Of a stretch of 57,317 bases of DNA, positions 40,513 to 52,206 are shown piece by piece; position 1 is the first letter of the stretch, and every line of letters begins with the position of its first letter. A model generated the notes under the pieces. The model worked only from the letters and a program-made list of their open reading frames with translations, did no database searches and was not told the origin of the DNA. Both the position numbers and the translations under genes were made by a program. This DNA comes from Campylobacterota bacterium. Lineage in GTDB: Bacteria; Campylobacterota; Campylobacteria; Campylobacterales; Arcobacteraceae. The stretch covers positions 1 through 57,317 of the forward strand of contig JBNJFB010000011.1 of the NCBI GenBank assembly GCA_051746405.1, read 5' to 3'.

Positions 40513-42093
40513 ATGAGTAAACACACAATTGTAGTTTGTGACCATATACACGAAGATGGTTTAGATATCTTAAAGAGCACAGAAGATATCAACTATGTAT
40601 ATGCAGCAGATGTAGATAAAACAAAACTCTTAGACGTAATTGCCAATGCAGAGGTAGTGATCACTAGATCATCTACTGATGTGGATGATAAGTTTTTAAA
40701 TGCTGCAAAAAATTTGAAAGCTATTATCAGAGCAGGTGTTGGTTATGATAATGTTGATATTGAAGGGTGTAGCAAAAGAGGGATAATTGCAATGAATGTT
40801 CCAACTGCAAACACAATAGCAGCAGTTGAACTTACTATTACACATATGTTATCTTGTATGAGAAAATTTCCATATGCTCACAACCAATTAAAACAAGATA
40901 GAATCTGGAAAAGAGAAGATTGGTATGGAAATGAACTTTATGGTAAAAAACTAGGTGTTATTGGATTTGGTAACATCGGACATAGGGTTGCTTTAAGAGC
41001 TAAATCATTTGAAATGGACGTTGTAACATACGACCCTTATATTCCTTCAACAAAAGCAACTGATTTAGGTATAGATTATACAAAGAACTTTGAAGATATT
41101 TTAGCTTGTGATATTATTACAATCCATACACCAAAAAATAGTGAAACTCTTGACATGATAGGTGAAGAAGAGATTGCTAAAATGAAAGATGGTGTTATTT
41201 TAATTAACTGTGCTAGAGGTGGTTTATATAACGAGCAAGCTTTAGAAAACAACCTAAAATCAGGTAAAATTGCAATGGCTGGAATTGATGTATTTAAAAA
41301 AGAGCCTGCAAATGACCATCCGCTTTTAGACTTACCAAATATAACAGTAACTGCACATCTTGGTGCAAATACTAGAGAGTCTCAAAAAAAGATTGCAACA
41401 CAAGCAGCTCAAAATGCTATTGAATCTGCTAGGGGAATTGCGTATCCAAATGCACTAAACTTACCAATTGATGAGAACAAGATTCCATCTTTTGTTAAAC
41501 CTTATATTGAATTGACTCAAAAAATGGCTTTTTTAATTGCACAAAATGATAAAAATGAGATTAGATCAATAAATATCGCAGCTGAGGGTGATATTGCCCA
41601 ATACTTAGAGTCATTAAAAACATTTGCTACAGTTGGTGCTTTATCTGTTGCTTCAGATGAAATCAACTATGTTAATGCAAATTTTATTGCTCAGGAAAAA
41701 GGCATTGAAATAACAACTTCTGAGTTTTCAGCTCATAGTGGATACCAAAATAAAGTTTCTGTAAAAATTACTACTTCTAATGGAAGTCAAACTATCTGTG
41801 GAACTGTATTTAATGATGATGTACAAAGAATTGTTGATATTAATAGCTTCACATTAGATATTGCTCCAAAAGGTAAGATGATTTTAATGAGAAATAGTGA
41901 CGTACCTGGAGTTATTGGTGAAGTTGGTTCAATTTTAGCTCAAGATAGTATCAATATTGCAGACTTTAGACTTGCAAGAGGTAAAAATGGAGCACTAGCT
42001 GTTATTTTAGTTGATGAAAAAGTATGTAATAGCACACTTAAAAAATTAGATAATTTAGAAGCAGCTATATCTGTTTCTTATGCTGAAATTTAA
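40513..42093 (+). CDS. serA: D-3-phosphoglycerate dehydrogenase
   Basis: RAGVGYDN, GFGNIG, NCARGG, C-terminal ACT domain. Confidence 0.95.
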   Translation: MSKHTIVVCDHIHEDGLDILKSTEDINYVYAADVDKTKLLDVIANAEVVITRSSTDVDDKFLNAAKNLKAIIRAGVGYDNVDIEGCSKRGIIAMNVPTANTIAAVELTITHMLSCMRKFPYAHNQLKQDRIWKREDWYGNELYGKKLGVIGFGNIGHRVALRAKSFEMDVVTYDPYIPSTKATDLGIDYTKNFEDILACDIITIHTPKNSETLDMIGEEEIAKMKDGVILINCARGGLYNEQALENNLKSGKIAMAGIDVFKKEPANDHPLLDLPNITVTAHLGANTRESQKKIATQAAQNAIESARGIAYPNALNLPIDENKIPSFVKPYIELTQKMAFLIAQNDKNEIRSINIAAEGDIAQYLESLKTFATVGALSVASDEINYVNANFIAQEKGIEITTSEFSAHSGYQNKVSVKITTSNGSQTICGTVFNDDVQRIVDINSFTLDIAPKGKMILMRNSDVPGVIGEVGSILAQDSINIADFRLARGKNGALAVILVDEKVCNSTLKKLDNLEAAISVSYAEI

Positions 42094-42102
42094 GGAGAAG
42101 TT

Positions 42103-42663
42103 ATGGCAATTTCAATGAATGAACTAAAAAAAGGTTTAAAAATAGAACTAGATAGTATTCCATACAAAATTGTTGAATACCAACATGTAAAGCCTGGTAA
42201 AGGTGCTGCATTTGTAAGATGTAAAATTAAGTCTTTTATAAATGGAAAAGTAATAGAAAAAACTTTTCATGCAGGTGACAAATGCCAAACACCTGATTTA
42301 GAACAAAAAAATATGCAGTATCTATATGATGATGGTGAAATGCTACAATTTATGGATACTGAAAATTATGAACAAATTGGTTTAACTCATGATAAGGTAG
42401 GAGATGCTGCAAACTGGATTATTGATGGTATGACAGTTGAGATGATGTACTTCAATGGTAATCCTATAACAGTAGAACCACCAATGACAGTGGAGCTAAA
42501 AATAGTAGAAACCCCACCAAACTTTAAAGGTGACTCACAAGGTGGTAAAAAACCTGCAACTTTAGAATCAGGTGCTGTGGTACAAATTCCATTTCACTTA
42601 GTTGAAGATGATATAATCAAAGTAGATACAAGAACAGGTGAATACCTAGAAAAAGTTAAATAA
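42103..42663 (+). CDS. efp: Elongation factor P
   Basis: [20 protein letters not shown]. Confidence 0.97.
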   Translation: MAISMNELKKGLKIELDSIPYKIVEYQHVKPGKGAAFVRCKIKSFINGKVIEKTFHAGDKCQTPDLEQKNMQYLYDDGEMLQFMDTENYEQIGLTHDKVGDAANWIIDGMTVEMMYFNGNPITVEPPMTVELKIVETPPNFKGDSQGGKKPATLESGAVVQIPFHLVEDDIIKVDTRTGEYLEKVK

Positions 42664-42668
42664 AAAAT

Positions 42669-42705
42669 AAGCTATATTTGTAGAAATACTACAATATAGC
42701 TTTTT
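42669..42705. terminator. Bidirectional terminator between efp and ribD
   Basis: AAGCTATATTTGTAG-aaata-CTACAATATAGCTT (one bulge), flanked by A- and T-runs. Confidence 0.8.
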
Positions 42706-42706
42706 A

Positions 42707-43720
42707 TTACTTTTCAACTCTTTTTAAATAGATAATTTTCTCTTCACCTATATAGTTTTCATGCACTATTTCAAAATCTATATTTAGTTTATTTACTGCA
42801 TTTTGTCCATTTCTTATCTTAGGACTAACTAATAATACAACAAAATCAAGCTTCTCTTTTAAATTTTCAAGCAAACTATATGTACCCTCAACCATAACAA
42901 AATTGTAGTCTAACAGTTTATATAAATCATCACTAATAGTAACATTTCGATTTGGAATTTTAAATAGTGGTATTTGCATATCAAATATTCTTTTTTTACT
43001 ATAGATCATTACATCAGGTGCTTTTCCTGCTATATACCTTGCATCTAAGGTAGGTCTATCTATCCTTACAGTATTGCCTCCTATTAGCAATAAATCAATC
43101 TTATCTCTTAAGGTATGTACATAAGCCTTTGCCATATTTGATGAGATTTTACCATCAATACAACCATTTATTGTTTGTGCCATTTTATAAAATACAAAAG
43201 TGCCACTAATGCTTTTTATAAAGGGATATAGCAAGTTATATGCTCTTTTATTCATACATCCAAGCTTCACATCTATATCTGCATTTTTTAACCTATCATA
43301 GCCACCTTTAGCCTTTTTGTTTATATCTTCATGTGCAATAACCACTTTTTTAGGTTTTATATGAGCTAGTAAGTTTGAACAAGCAGGTGTTTTACCAATG
43401 TGATTGCATGGTTCTAATGTAACATAAATCGTACAATCATTAAAAAAATTATTGTGGTGATTAATTAAGTAATTATGAATATCACTTGAATCTTCTAAAG
43501 CCTTTAAGGGGCTGTTATTATGATACTTCAAAAAAGCTGTTTTTAGTGCATTTACTTCTGCATGGGGTTTACCTGCAGCTTTATGAGCTTCAACTGCTAA
43601 AATTTCACTTTTGTTTTTTACAACCACACACCCAACAGCTGGGTTTGGGTAGGTTAAAAACTGATATTTCCAAGCTTCATCAAGGGCTAAACCCATAAAA
43701 AAGTTATCATCAATTTTCAT
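42707..43720 (-). CDS. ribD: Riboflavin biosynthesis deaminase/reductase
   Basis: PNPAVG, HAE, TLEPCNH...PAC. Confidence 0.94.
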   Translation of the reverse strand: MKIDDNFFMGLALDEAWKYQFLTYPNPAVGCVVVKNKSEILAVEAHKAAGKPHAEVNALKTAFLKYHNNSPLKALEDSSDIHNYLINHHNNFFNDCTIYVTLEPCNHIGKTPACSNLLAHIKPKKVVIAHEDINKKAKGGYDRLKNADIDVKLGCMNKRAYNLLYPFIKSISGTFVFYKMAQTINGCIDGKISSNMAKAYVHTLRDKIDLLLIGGNTVRIDRPTLDARYIAGKAPDVMIYSKKRIFDMQIPLFKIPNRNVTISDDLYKLLDYNFVMVEGTYSLLENLKEKLDFVVLLVSPKIRNGQNAVNKLNIDFEIVHENYIGEEKIIYLKRVEK

Positions 43721-43729
43721 TTGATAGTT

Positions 43730-44158
43730 TTACCACTCAAAGTAAGTAGATGCTGAGATAATTGAGTCATAATCAACACTCTCTTCACCAAATTGAGTCT
43801 TTATTGTAATTTGTTTATTATCTGCATTTAAAAGTTCACCTTTGTAAACCTCTGTTGCAATATCTTTTACTTTTACTTTTTCGCCAATACTTGCTTTAAA
43901 GTGTTCAGTTTTTTTTAGTTTTCTTTCAATTCCAGGGGAGCTAACTTCAAGATAATACTCACCATTTATTGGGTCTTGAACATCAAAAATGGGCGATATC
44001 ATTCTACTAACTTCTGCACACTTATCTAAGTTTACTCCATCTTTTGATGTAATATAAACTCTATATATATTTTTATCATTCTCTTTAACATTTACTATAT
44101 CATAAAGCTTAACATCTAAACTCTCAACTGCTAAGCTTATAGACTCTTCTAAACTCAT
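43730..44158 (-). CDS. rimP: Ribosome maturation factor RimP
   Basis: [10 protein letters not shown]. Confidence 0.95.
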   Translation of the reverse strand: MSLEESISLAVESLDVKLYDIVNVKENDKNIYRVYITSKDGVNLDKCAEVSRMISPIFDVQDPINGEYYLEVSSPGIERKLKKTEHFKASIGEKVKVKDIATEVYKGELLNADNKQITIKTQFGEESVDYDSIISASTYFEW

Positions 44159-44511
44159 TAATCTTTTCTCTCTTTTTCAATTTTTGCAAAAAGTTCATTC
44201 ATTCTTTGAGATTTTTCCAGTGCTGTATCATTTTTAAATGTAAAGTTTGGACATTTATACCATCCAGTTGCAGCTAGTATATATGACTTTATAGGTCCAT
44301 TCGCTTTTTTTAATATTTGTGAGATTGCATTTAACTCTTGCTTATCATAATCACTACCATCAAAAAACACTGTAGCATCATACTTACCATTTTTACAGTC
44401 AACTTCTGTTACTAATAAAGAGTTAATTCTAGGATCACTTAATTTTGAAAGTGCCTCAGGAATCAACTCTACTAATAGAGATTCTGTTCTTTGTAGATTT
44501 ATACTTTTCAT
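44158..44511 (-). CDS. rbfA: Ribosome-binding factor A
   Basis: DPR motif, C-terminal PxxxFxxD, position after infB. Confidence 0.9.
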   Translation of the reverse strand: MKSINLQRTESLLVELIPEALSKLSDPRINSLLVTEVDCKNGKYDATVFFDGSDYDKQELNAISQILKKANGPIKSYILAATGWYKCPNFTFKNDTALEKSQRMNELFAKIEKERKD

Positions 44512-44512
44512 A

Positions 44513-47224
44513 TTATTTGTCGTCTATGGTAACTTTCTCTTCAATTTGGATAAATGTTTCAATAAAGTCACCAACTTTTATATCACTAAATTTATCAAAC
44601 ATAATACCACACTCATATCCGTTACTTACTTCTTTAACATCGTCTTTAAATCTCTTAAGACTAGAAATTTTACCTGTGTAAACAACTACACCATCTCTAA
44701 TGATTCTAGCCATTCCGCCTCTAATAACTTTTCTATCTGTTACAATACATCCTGCAACTGTTCCAACTTTTGGAACTACAAATGTATCTCTTACCTCTGC
44801 TTGACCTGTATTCTCTTCTCTAATAACACCACTCATCATACCAGATAGTGTATCTTTAACATCATCAATTAAATCATAAATTACAGAGTAAGTATTAATT
44901 GTAATTCCATCAGCTTTTGCTTTTTTCTTAACAGCACCTGTTGGTCTTACATTAAATCCTAAAATAACACAACCATCACTAGCACTTGCTAATACTAAGT
45001 CAGATTCACTAATACCACCAACTGCTGCATGTATTACTTTTACTTTTACTTCATCATTAGCAATTTTTTCTAAACTTCCTTTAATAGCTTCTAATGAACC
45101 ACCAACATCAGTTTTAATAATTACAGGAAGCTGTTTTATCTTACCTTCTGCAATAAGTCCGCTCATCTCTTCTAGTGATACTTTTGTAGATTTTGAAAGC
45201 TCTTTTGCTCTTTCATGCTCTGCTCTTTTTGTTGCAATATCTCTAGCATCTTTATCATTATCTTGAGCAACCATAATAGCACCTGCTACAGGAACATCAT
45301 TTAATCCAAGAACTGACCCTGTTTCAGAAAGTCCAAGCTCTTTTACAGGTTTACCCATATCATCAGTAATAGCTTTTACTCTACCAAATGTAGTATCACA
45401 AACAATATTATCACCGATTTTTAAAGTACCATTTTCAACAATCACTGTAGCAACAGGACCTCTTCCTTTTTCAAGAAGCGATTCAACAACTGTAGCTTTT
45501 GCTTTTGCTTTTGGATCTGCTTTTAACTCAAGAACTTCAGACTGAATTAGAATATTCTCTAATAAATCATCAATCCCATTTCCTGTCATAGCTGATACAG
45601 GTATAAACTCAGTATCTCCACCCCAATCAACAGGAGTCAAATCTCTCTCTGCCATTTGTGATTTTACCATATCAATATTAGCAGCTTCTTTATCCATTTT
45701 GTTTACTGCTACTAGTATTGGGCATCCTGAAGCTTTTGCATGTGAGATAACCTCTTCTGTTTGCTGTTTTACACCATCATCTGCTGCTACAACTATTATA
45801 ATTATATCAGTTACATTTGCACCTCTAGCTCTCATAGCTGAAAATGCAGCATGCCCTGGAGTATCAACAAAAGTAATCTTTTCACCATCTTTTTTAACTG
45901 TGTATGATGATATATGCTGTGTAATTCCACCTGCTTCAGCTGATGCTATTTTAGAAACTCTAATTTTGTCTAGAAGTGATGTTTTACCATGGTCAACGTG
46001 TCCCATAATAGTAACCACTGGAGGTCTTGTAATAAAGTTAGACTCATCAATCTCCTCTTCTTCATACTCATCTATATAGTTTGCATCTTCAAGTGCGTCT
46101 TTTACAGTTACATCAATATCAAACTCTTCACCTAAAATCTCAAGTTCGTCTTGTTTTAAGAAATCATTTTTAGTAACCATCATACCTAAACCAAACAGTA
46201 CAGTTATAACTTCAGCTGGTGACTTCCCACAAGCTTCAGCAAACTCATATACTCTGATATCTTCAGGTATTGTAATTTCATTTACTTCAACACTCTCTTC
46301 AGTTCTTTTTATTCTTTTCTTTCTTTTTCTTCTTTTTAAGCCCTGAGGTCTATTTCCAAATGCAGCAGGTCTTTTTCCTGGTTTTTTATTTTTATTATTT
46401 GATGGTGTATTTTTTTGCTCTTCAAAGATTTTAGATGTATCAGATAAGTCCATATCTAATAGTACAACCTCTTCACCTAATAAAGAATCAGTACTATTTG
46501 AAAAATCATCAGCTCTATCAACATCAAGTTTTTTACCTTGTGTATGTGTTTTTGCTGGTTGCTTTTTCTTTTTTGGTTTTGCTTTTTTACTAGAAGAGTT
46601 ATTTATATCACTATTTTGTTGTGTTGTGTCTTTTTTAGAGTCTTTTTCGCCACCTAGTATTTCACTAAGAGATTTCATTTTTGGCTTATTGTCTTCACCG
46701 ATATTTGAACTATTCATTGAGTTTTGTGATTGATTACTTGAGTATTCACTTGAAGGTTCTGGTCTTGGCTTCTTCTTTTTGATAATCTTAAGACCTCTTC
46801 TTTTAGGGATTATCTTTTTTGGTTTCTTCTCTTCTGGTTTTTGCTTTGGTTTTGCTTCTTCTTTTTTTTTGGTTTCTTTGCTAGATTCTTCTTCTTTTTT
46901 ATCCTCTTTTTTCTCAGAGGTCTTCTTAGTAGAATCTTCTTTTTTATCTAGCTTTTCTTCTTGACCTTTTTCCTCTACAGCTGTTTTTTTATCATCTTGT
47001 TTTACTGTAGTTGCACTTTTTTTCTTAGGTGCTGCTTCTTTTTTTGGAAGCCTTTTACTTTTCCCAGTCATTATATAATTTGCAATCTCTTCTGCATCTT
47101 CAAATGAAACTGCACTTTGAGGTGACTTAAGCTCTATACTTAAATCTTTTGCTTTTGTTATAACATCTTGGCTACTTGCGCCTGCCTCTTCTGCAATCTC
47201 ATAAACTCTTACTTTATCTGACAT
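44513..47224 (-). CDS. infB: Translation initiation factor IF-2
   Basis: MGHVDHGKT, DTPGH, NKMD. Confidence 0.98.
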   Translation of the reverse strand: MSDKVRVYEIAEEAGASSQDVITKAKDLSIELKSPQSAVSFEDAEEIANYIMTGKSKRLPKKEAAPKKKSATTVKQDDKKTAVEEKGQEEKLDKKEDSTKKTSEKKEDKKEEESSKETKKKEEAKPKQKPEEKKPKKIIPKRRGLKIIKKKKPRPEPSSEYSSNQSQNSMNSSNIGEDNKPKMKSLSEILGGEKDSKKDTTQQNSDINNSSSKKAKPKKKKQPAKTHTQGKKLDVDRADDFSNSTDSLLGEEVVLLDMDLSDTSKIFEEQKNTPSNNKNKKPGKRPAAFGNRPQGLKRRKRKKRIKRTEESVEVNEITIPEDIRVYEFAEACGKSPAEVITVLFGLGMMVTKNDFLKQDELEILGEEFDIDVTVKDALEDANYIDEYEEEEIDESNFITRPPVVTIMGHVDHGKTSLLDKIRVSKIASAEAGGITQHISSYTVKKDGEKITFVDTPGHAAFSAMRARGANVTDIIIIVVAADDGVKQQTEEVISHAKASGCPILVAVNKMDKEAANIDMVKSQMAERDLTPVDWGGDTEFIPVSAMTGNGIDDLLENILIQSEVLELKADPKAKAKATVVESLLEKGRGPVATVIVENGTLKIGDNIVCDTTFGRVKAITDDMGKPVKELGLSETGSVLGLNDVPVAGAIMVAQDNDKDARDIATKRAEHERAKELSKSTKVSLEEMSGLIAEGKIKQLPVIIKTDVGGSLEAIKGSLEKIANDEVKVKVIHAAVGGISESDLVLASASDGCVILGFNVRPTGAVKKKAKADGITINTYSVIYDLIDDVKDTLSGMMSGVIREENTGQAEVRDTFVVPKVGTVAGCIVTDRKVIRGGMARIIRDGVVVYTGKISSLKRFKDDVKEVSNGYECGIMFDKFSDIKVGDFIETFIQIEEKVTIDDK

Positions 47225-47492
47225 CTGCTAAAATCTCCTTAAGTTGTAGAACATACTTATCTTTATTTTTACACTCTCTACATAGTGCATTTTCTATTTT
47301 TTTATAATCTTTTTGCTTTAGTTTTTCATCTAAAACTCTATTTATACAACAATCACATATATAAAAACTTCTACCATAATTGTTGTATAGTACAAGTTTT
47401 TTACTTTCGCATTTTAGTCTTAATAACTTCTTTTGCTCAAATTTTCCCCTACAAAAAACACAAGTTCTTAGACTCTTTTTGTAATTAGTCAA
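47214..47492 (-). CDS. DUF448/YlxR-family protein
   Basis: RTCVFCR, GRSFYIC; upstream of infB. Confidence 0.85.
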   Translation of the reverse strand: MTNYKKSLRTCVFCRGKFEQKKLLRLKCESKKLVLYNNYGRSFYICDCCINRVLDEKLKQKDYKKIENALCRECKNKDKYVLQLKEILADVR

Positions 47493-47528
47493 ATATTATA
47501 CCTAAAAATTTCTTAAAACCAAAAAATT

Positions 47529-48410
47529 CTATAAATCAATTTTCACACCGATATTATCAAAATCACTAATAATAACTCTAAAGTGTGAAAACTTCTGTTT
47601 TAAAGCTTTTTCTAGTCTCTTTACATCATCTGCAAAACATATAGAAAACAAAGTAGAACCCGAACCTGATAAGGTGCTCATTAATGCACCACTTCGTAAT
47701 GCTGTTTTTTGAACCTCAAAAAGCTCTGGCATCTGTTTCATTCTATACTTTTGATGAACCTTATCCATTGATGCTGTTTTTAGCATCTTCCAATCCTCTT
47801 TCATAAATGCAGCTGTTAATAAAGATGAATGAGAGATATTAAATATCAAATCCTCCTTACTATATTTATAAGGTAGAGTTTTTCTTGATAAATGAGTTGA
47901 TATTGGTCTATTTGGTATAACAACAACTGCTTTTAATATCTTTGGTATTGATTTATTTAAAAACTTCACTTCATTATCTTTAACAGTTGCCACATTAAAA
48001 CCACCCATAACAGCAGGTGTTATATTATCAGGGTGATTTTCATAAGCTAATGCTAAATTTAAAAGCTTCTGTTTTTCTACTTTTATTCCCTCAATAGCAT
48101 AAGCACTTGCAATTGCAGATACTATAACAGCAGATGAACTTCCTAAACCTCTTGATAATGGAACTTCATTTGTAAACTCAAATCTAAAATTTCTCTTTTT
48201 TTGTGCTAGATTAAAGTAAAAATCATTAAATATTGAGATAAACATATTGTTATCTTTTAATACGGGGTTATTTGACCCCTCACCCTTTAGTGAAACACTG
48301 TGAAATTTTGCTGGTTTGATAATAACTTGGTTTTTCATTGATATTGCAATTCCAAGTGAATCAAATCCAGGTCCTAAATTTGCACTAGTAGCTGGAACAC
48401 TAACTCTCAT
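47529..48410 (-). CDS. thrB: Homoserine kinase
   Basis: [29 protein letters not shown]. Confidence 0.97.
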   Translation of the reverse strand: MRVSVPATSANLGPGFDSLGIAISMKNQVIIKPAKFHSVSLKGEGSNNPVLKDNNMFISIFNDFYFNLAQKKRNFRFEFTNEVPLSRGLGSSSAVIVSAIASAYAIEGIKVEKQKLLNLALAYENHPDNITPAVMGGFNVATVKDNEVKFLNKSIPKILKAVVVIPNRPISTHLSRKTLPYKYSKEDLIFNISHSSLLTAAFMKEDWKMLKTASMDKVHQKYRMKQMPELFEVQKTALRSGALMSTLSGSGSTLFSICFADDVKRLEKALKQKFSHFRVIISDFDNIGVKIDL

Positions 48411-48426
48411 TTACTTCCTTTTTAAA

Positions 48427-48879
48427 CTAAACAGCTGGTAGGTTATATATCGGCAATGTCTGTTTATTAAAATTTATTTTTTCTATACTTTTTGGTAATT
48501 CAAAGTCGCGAATTATACTATCTTTTTGCAAAAAGTCAACTTTGATGCTATTTTCATACTTTATAAAATACTTTTTCCCCAAAGCTTTTATTGGTGAGTT
48601 TTGATTAAACTCAAAGCCACTACAAGCCCTTAAATCTAGCTTTTTTGTAATACTTAGTGTCTTTAAAAATACATAAGCTACTTTTATAGCCATAAATGAC
48701 CCTGGAGTGTTTACATAATTTAGTCTATTAACATCATAACTTGAAAATATCTCTTGAAAATAGATGGGCAACATATCAGAAGATTTTCCTTCAATTTTAT
48801 AGCTTTTTATTAAATGATTATTCTCATACACACCTATTAAAATAGGTTTTGACACAGTTATTATTAAAACATCAATCAA
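48427..48879 (-). CDS. Short TsaB-like (glycoprotease M22) protein
   Basis: TPGSFMAIKV resembles GPGSFTGLR; conserved position between lpxC and thrB. Confidence 0.75.
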   Translation of the reverse strand: MIDVLIITVSKPILIGVYENNHLIKSYKIEGKSSDMLPIYFQEIFSSYDVNRLNYVNTPGSFMAIKVAYVFLKTLSITKKLDLRACSGFEFNQNSPIKALGKKYFIKYENSIKVDFLQKDSIIRDFELPKSIEKINFNKQTLPIYNLPAV

Positions 48880-48887
48880 TTTTTTTC

Positions 48888-49793
48888 CTAAATCTCAACT
48901 TTTGAGTATGCAAGCTCAAATACTTCAGCCTCTTCATTTGCCTCTTCTAAATCAATTATTTCATAATTCTCTTGGCTTTTAAATACCTCTTTTGTTAAAA
49001 GATGATTTAAGTGGTGACTTCCTGCAATAGCATCATACTCACCAACTAGCGTATAACCAAGTAGTGCCATATCTCCTATTGCATCAAGGATTTTATGTCT
49101 TACAAACTCATCATCAAACCTAAGCCCCTCAGGATTTAAAACTTTTGTTTGGTCAAGTACTATTGCATTTTCCATAGAACCACCCTTTGCAAGACCTATG
49201 CTTCTTAGATATTGAACCTCATGCAAGAAACCAAAAGTTCTAGCTCTACTAATACTATCTTTATATTGGGATATAGAGTAGTCAAAATGAAAATTCTGCT
49301 TTCCTATTGATGGGTGTTCAAAATCTATCTCAAAATCATAGACAATATGAGTTGATGGCTTTAAACAGACTTTTTTACCCTCTGATGTAGTTACTTCAAC
49401 CTCTTTTTTTATCTTAAGTGCTTTCTTTGAGTTTTTTTGCTCTTTTATTCCAGCTTCTTCTATTAACATACAGTAACCAGATGAACTACCATCTAATACA
49501 GGTACTTCATCATTATCCACAATTACTCTTAGATTATCTATCCCATAAGCATAAACAGCAGATAGTAAATGCTCTATTGTAGAGATTACAACCTCATCTT
49601 TTCCTATTACTGTAGCCATTTTTGTATCCACTACATTTTCGATGCTTAATGGTATTGTAACTCCCACATCTGATCTGTAAAATACTATTCCTGCATCATC
49701 ATGTAAAGGCTCAAGTCTCATCTTTACAGCAACTCCTTTATGAAGTCCAACTCCGACTATATCTACAGGTTTTGCTATTGTTCTTTGTCTCAT
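48888..49793 (-). CDS. lpxC: UDP-3-O-acyl-GlcNAc deacetylase
   Basis: TIEHLLS, ARTFG, HKILDAIGD. Confidence 0.97.
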   Translation of the reverse strand: MRQRTIAKPVDIVGVGLHKGVAVKMRLEPLHDDAGIVFYRSDVGVTIPLSIENVVDTKMATVIGKDEVVISTIEHLLSAVYAYGIDNLRVIVDNDEVPVLDGSSSGYCMLIEEAGIKEQKNSKKALKIKKEVEVTTSEGKKVCLKPSTHIVYDFEIDFEHPSIGKQNFHFDYSISQYKDSISRARTFGFLHEVQYLRSIGLAKGGSMENAIVLDQTKVLNPEGLRFDDEFVRHKILDAIGDMALLGYTLVGEYDAIAGSHHLNHLLTKEVFKSQENYEIIDLEEANEEAEVFELAYSKVEI

Positions 49794-51178
49794 TTGCTAT
49801 CTATCACTTTCTTTGATTTTTCTAATATCTGCTTTACGTTTATATCTATCCATCTTCTATCCATCCACTCCAATGGATTTACTTCAATACCTTGAACTAA
49901 AACACCAAAATGTAAATGGTCACCAAATACAGCACCTGTTGCACCTGTATTTGCTATTTTCTCACCTGTATTTATATAATCATCCCTTTGTACATCAATA
50001 TTACTTGTGTGAGCATATAGTGTAGCTAATCCATATTTATGGTCAATAATTGCGGTATTTCCATATATCCCCAAATAGTCTTTAAATATCACTTTTCCAG
50101 GATTTGTTACATAAACATCCGCACGCTTTACACTTGCCCAATCCATTCCTAAGTGCCAAGCTTCATCTATTTTTTCACCATTATAAAAGTAGTGTCTTCT
50201 ATCTGCATATCCTGCAAAGTTTTTAGAACCTCTAAGTTGTCTAAATGCTTCTAAATCAAAGCTTGAAACTTTTGATAAGTCCATGTTTGACTTTGATATC
50301 TCTTTTATTGTTTCCACATTAGCTTCTCTTAAATCTCTATTTGATGCTATAAATATCTGCTGTAACTCATTTGGCACATTAAATCCACTTTTTTCAAGTA
50401 CATTTTTACTAACACCATTTATAAAGCTATCTGATAGTTTTATATCATCAATTTCAACATTTAAACTTTTTATATATAAAGGAACTTTTGTTGTTGATTT
50501 ATTATTTGCTTTATCAACTGCAACTAAATTTACTCTTCTAAACTCATCTATATAAACAGGCCATGCAATAATAGCCATATAGTAATTCTTTTTATAAAAA
50601 GGTATTAACTCAAACCTCTCTTCATTATTTAAAGTAATATAAAAGTCATCAAGATTTTCATCTTCTACTTTTACTACAACTGTGGCACTACCACCTTGCT
50701 TTAACATATATGAGTTTGTTATTACATTTGCTGTTGGGCTTTTTCTATCTACTTTTACATCAACAAGTTTTTTTTGAATGTTTCCTTTAAAAAAGTTCCA
50801 CTTACTTTTATCTGTAACTTCAACATAAAGTTGAACATCACTAGGTGGTGTTTCAAATCTATTGTATCTTACAGGAATTGCTTTTAGTGTTATCTCATTT
50901 TTATTTTTTGATACTATTTTTGTTTCTAACTCTTTTTTTATTTTGCCATCATTGTAAAGTACTTTATAAGACTCTATTCCATAATCATCACTTACTTTAA
51001 ACTCCAAAGGCTCTTTTAAATTCCAATAAATCTTATCTTCTAAAGATATCTTTGGATTATTTCTTTCAAATATTGGTGATAGAAAAACAAACGCAACAAT
51101 AGCTGCTACTACTATAACTATTACTGCTACTATTAAACTTTTTACCTTATTTGCTTTTTTTCTACTTGTAAAACTCAA
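49790..51178 (-). CDS. M23 family metallopeptidase
   Basis: HLGMD, YAH, TGATG, HLHF; N-terminal TM. Confidence 0.92.
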   Translation of the reverse strand: MSFTSRKKANKVKSLIVAVIVIVVAAIVAFVFLSPIFERNNPKISLEDKIYWNLKEPLEFKVSDDYGIESYKVLYNDGKIKKELETKIVSKNKNEITLKAIPVRYNRFETPPSDVQLYVEVTDKSKWNFFKGNIQKKLVDVKVDRKSPTANVITNSYMLKQGGSATVVVKVEDENLDDFYITLNNEERFELIPFYKKNYYMAIIAWPVYIDEFRRVNLVAVDKANNKSTTKVPLYIKSLNVEIDDIKLSDSFINGVSKNVLEKSGFNVPNELQQIFIASNRDLREANVETIKEISKSNMDLSKVSSFDLEAFRQLRGSKNFAGYADRRHYFYNGEKIDEAWHLGMDWASVKRADVYVTNPGKVIFKDYLGIYGNTAIIDHKYGLATLYAHTSNIDVQRDDYINTGEKIANTGATGAVFGDHLHFGVLVQGIEVNPLEWMDRRWIDINVKQILEKSKKVIDSK

Positions 51179-52148
51179 AAATTTCCTTTACTACTAAATC
51201 TTTTGCTTCTTGTTCATCAATAGTATTTACACTACAACCAGCTGCATTAAGGTGACCTCCACCTCCAAAGGCTTCTGCGATTTTTGATACATCAAACTCA
51301 CCTTTTGAACGCAGTGAAACTCTTGTAACTTCTCCAACTACTCTTACAAAAAATGCTACTTTTACAATTGCCATACTCATAATCATATCTAAGGCATCTT
51401 CACAATCTCTATTATGTGCACCTGTTTGTTTAAACCACTTCTTCTTTGCATAAATAGAAGCAACTTCACCCTCTTTATAGAGCTCTAAACTATTTAATAC
51501 CTTAGGTATGATTCTATATTTTGCAAGTGAATCTCTTCTAATTAGTTTATTTGCAATACCAGATGGACTAGCCCCACAGTGAACTAAAAAGTTAACCTTA
51601 TCAAAAGTAAACTCATCACATCTTCCCAATGAAAAAGCCAATGAGTCATCATAAATACCAACATAAAGTGCAGTTGCAGAGTGTTTTGTAATATACATTC
51701 CAGTATGCTTAAAAAAATCATAAACAATCTCAGCTGTTGACCCCTTCATAGAATCAACAATATTTATATCCCCAAAACCTTTATTTGAGATATGATGGTC
51801 AAAGTTTATTAAAGGTACATCATCAGGTAAGGTTATTCCTAATCTTTTATATGTACCACAATCAACACTAATAGCCAAATCAAAAAACTCAGGAAGTTGA
51901 TTTGTAATTTTATCAAACCTTTTAATAAAATCTAAGTTACTAGGCAAATCATCACTTACATTAAAAACCTTGTGTTTTATTCTATTTTCATGAAATAGGT
52001 TTGACAAAGCCAAAGCAGAGCCTATTGAATCAGGGTCTGGATTTACATGGGTTATTATTAGAACATATCTACTTTTTTCTATTAGCTTTAAAGCTTTAGT
52101 ATAATCATCCATGTCTATTTGATTACTAACTGTAAAATCCTTTTTCAA
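51162..52148 (-). CDS. DHH/DHHA1 phosphoesterase (NrnA-like)
   Basis: HVNPDPD, DHH, GGGHLNAAG. Confidence 0.92.
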   Translation of the reverse strand: MKKDFTVSNQIDMDDYTKALKLIEKSRYVLIITHVNPDPDSIGSALALSNLFHENRIKHKVFNVSDDLPSNLDFIKRFDKITNQLPEFFDLAISVDCGTYKRLGITLPDDVPLINFDHHISNKGFGDINIVDSMKGSTAEIVYDFFKHTGMYITKHSATALYVGIYDDSLAFSLGRCDEFTFDKVNFLVHCGASPSGIANKLIRRDSLAKYRIIPKVLNSLELYKEGEVASIYAKKKWFKQTGAHNRDCEDALDMIMSMAIVKVAFFVRVVGEVTRVSLRSKGEFDVSKIAEAFGGGGHLNAAGCSVNTIDEQEAKDLVVKEIFEFYK

Positions 52149-52206
52149 TACCTCTCCTTAAATTTGTTATATATTATATTTTGTAAAAAATAACCAAAAG
52201 TTAACA

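Noticed and set aside
46300..47050. Low-complexity purine-skewed stretch in infB
   Set aside because: Normal Lys/Glu-rich IF-2 N-terminal linker with no DNA repeat unit
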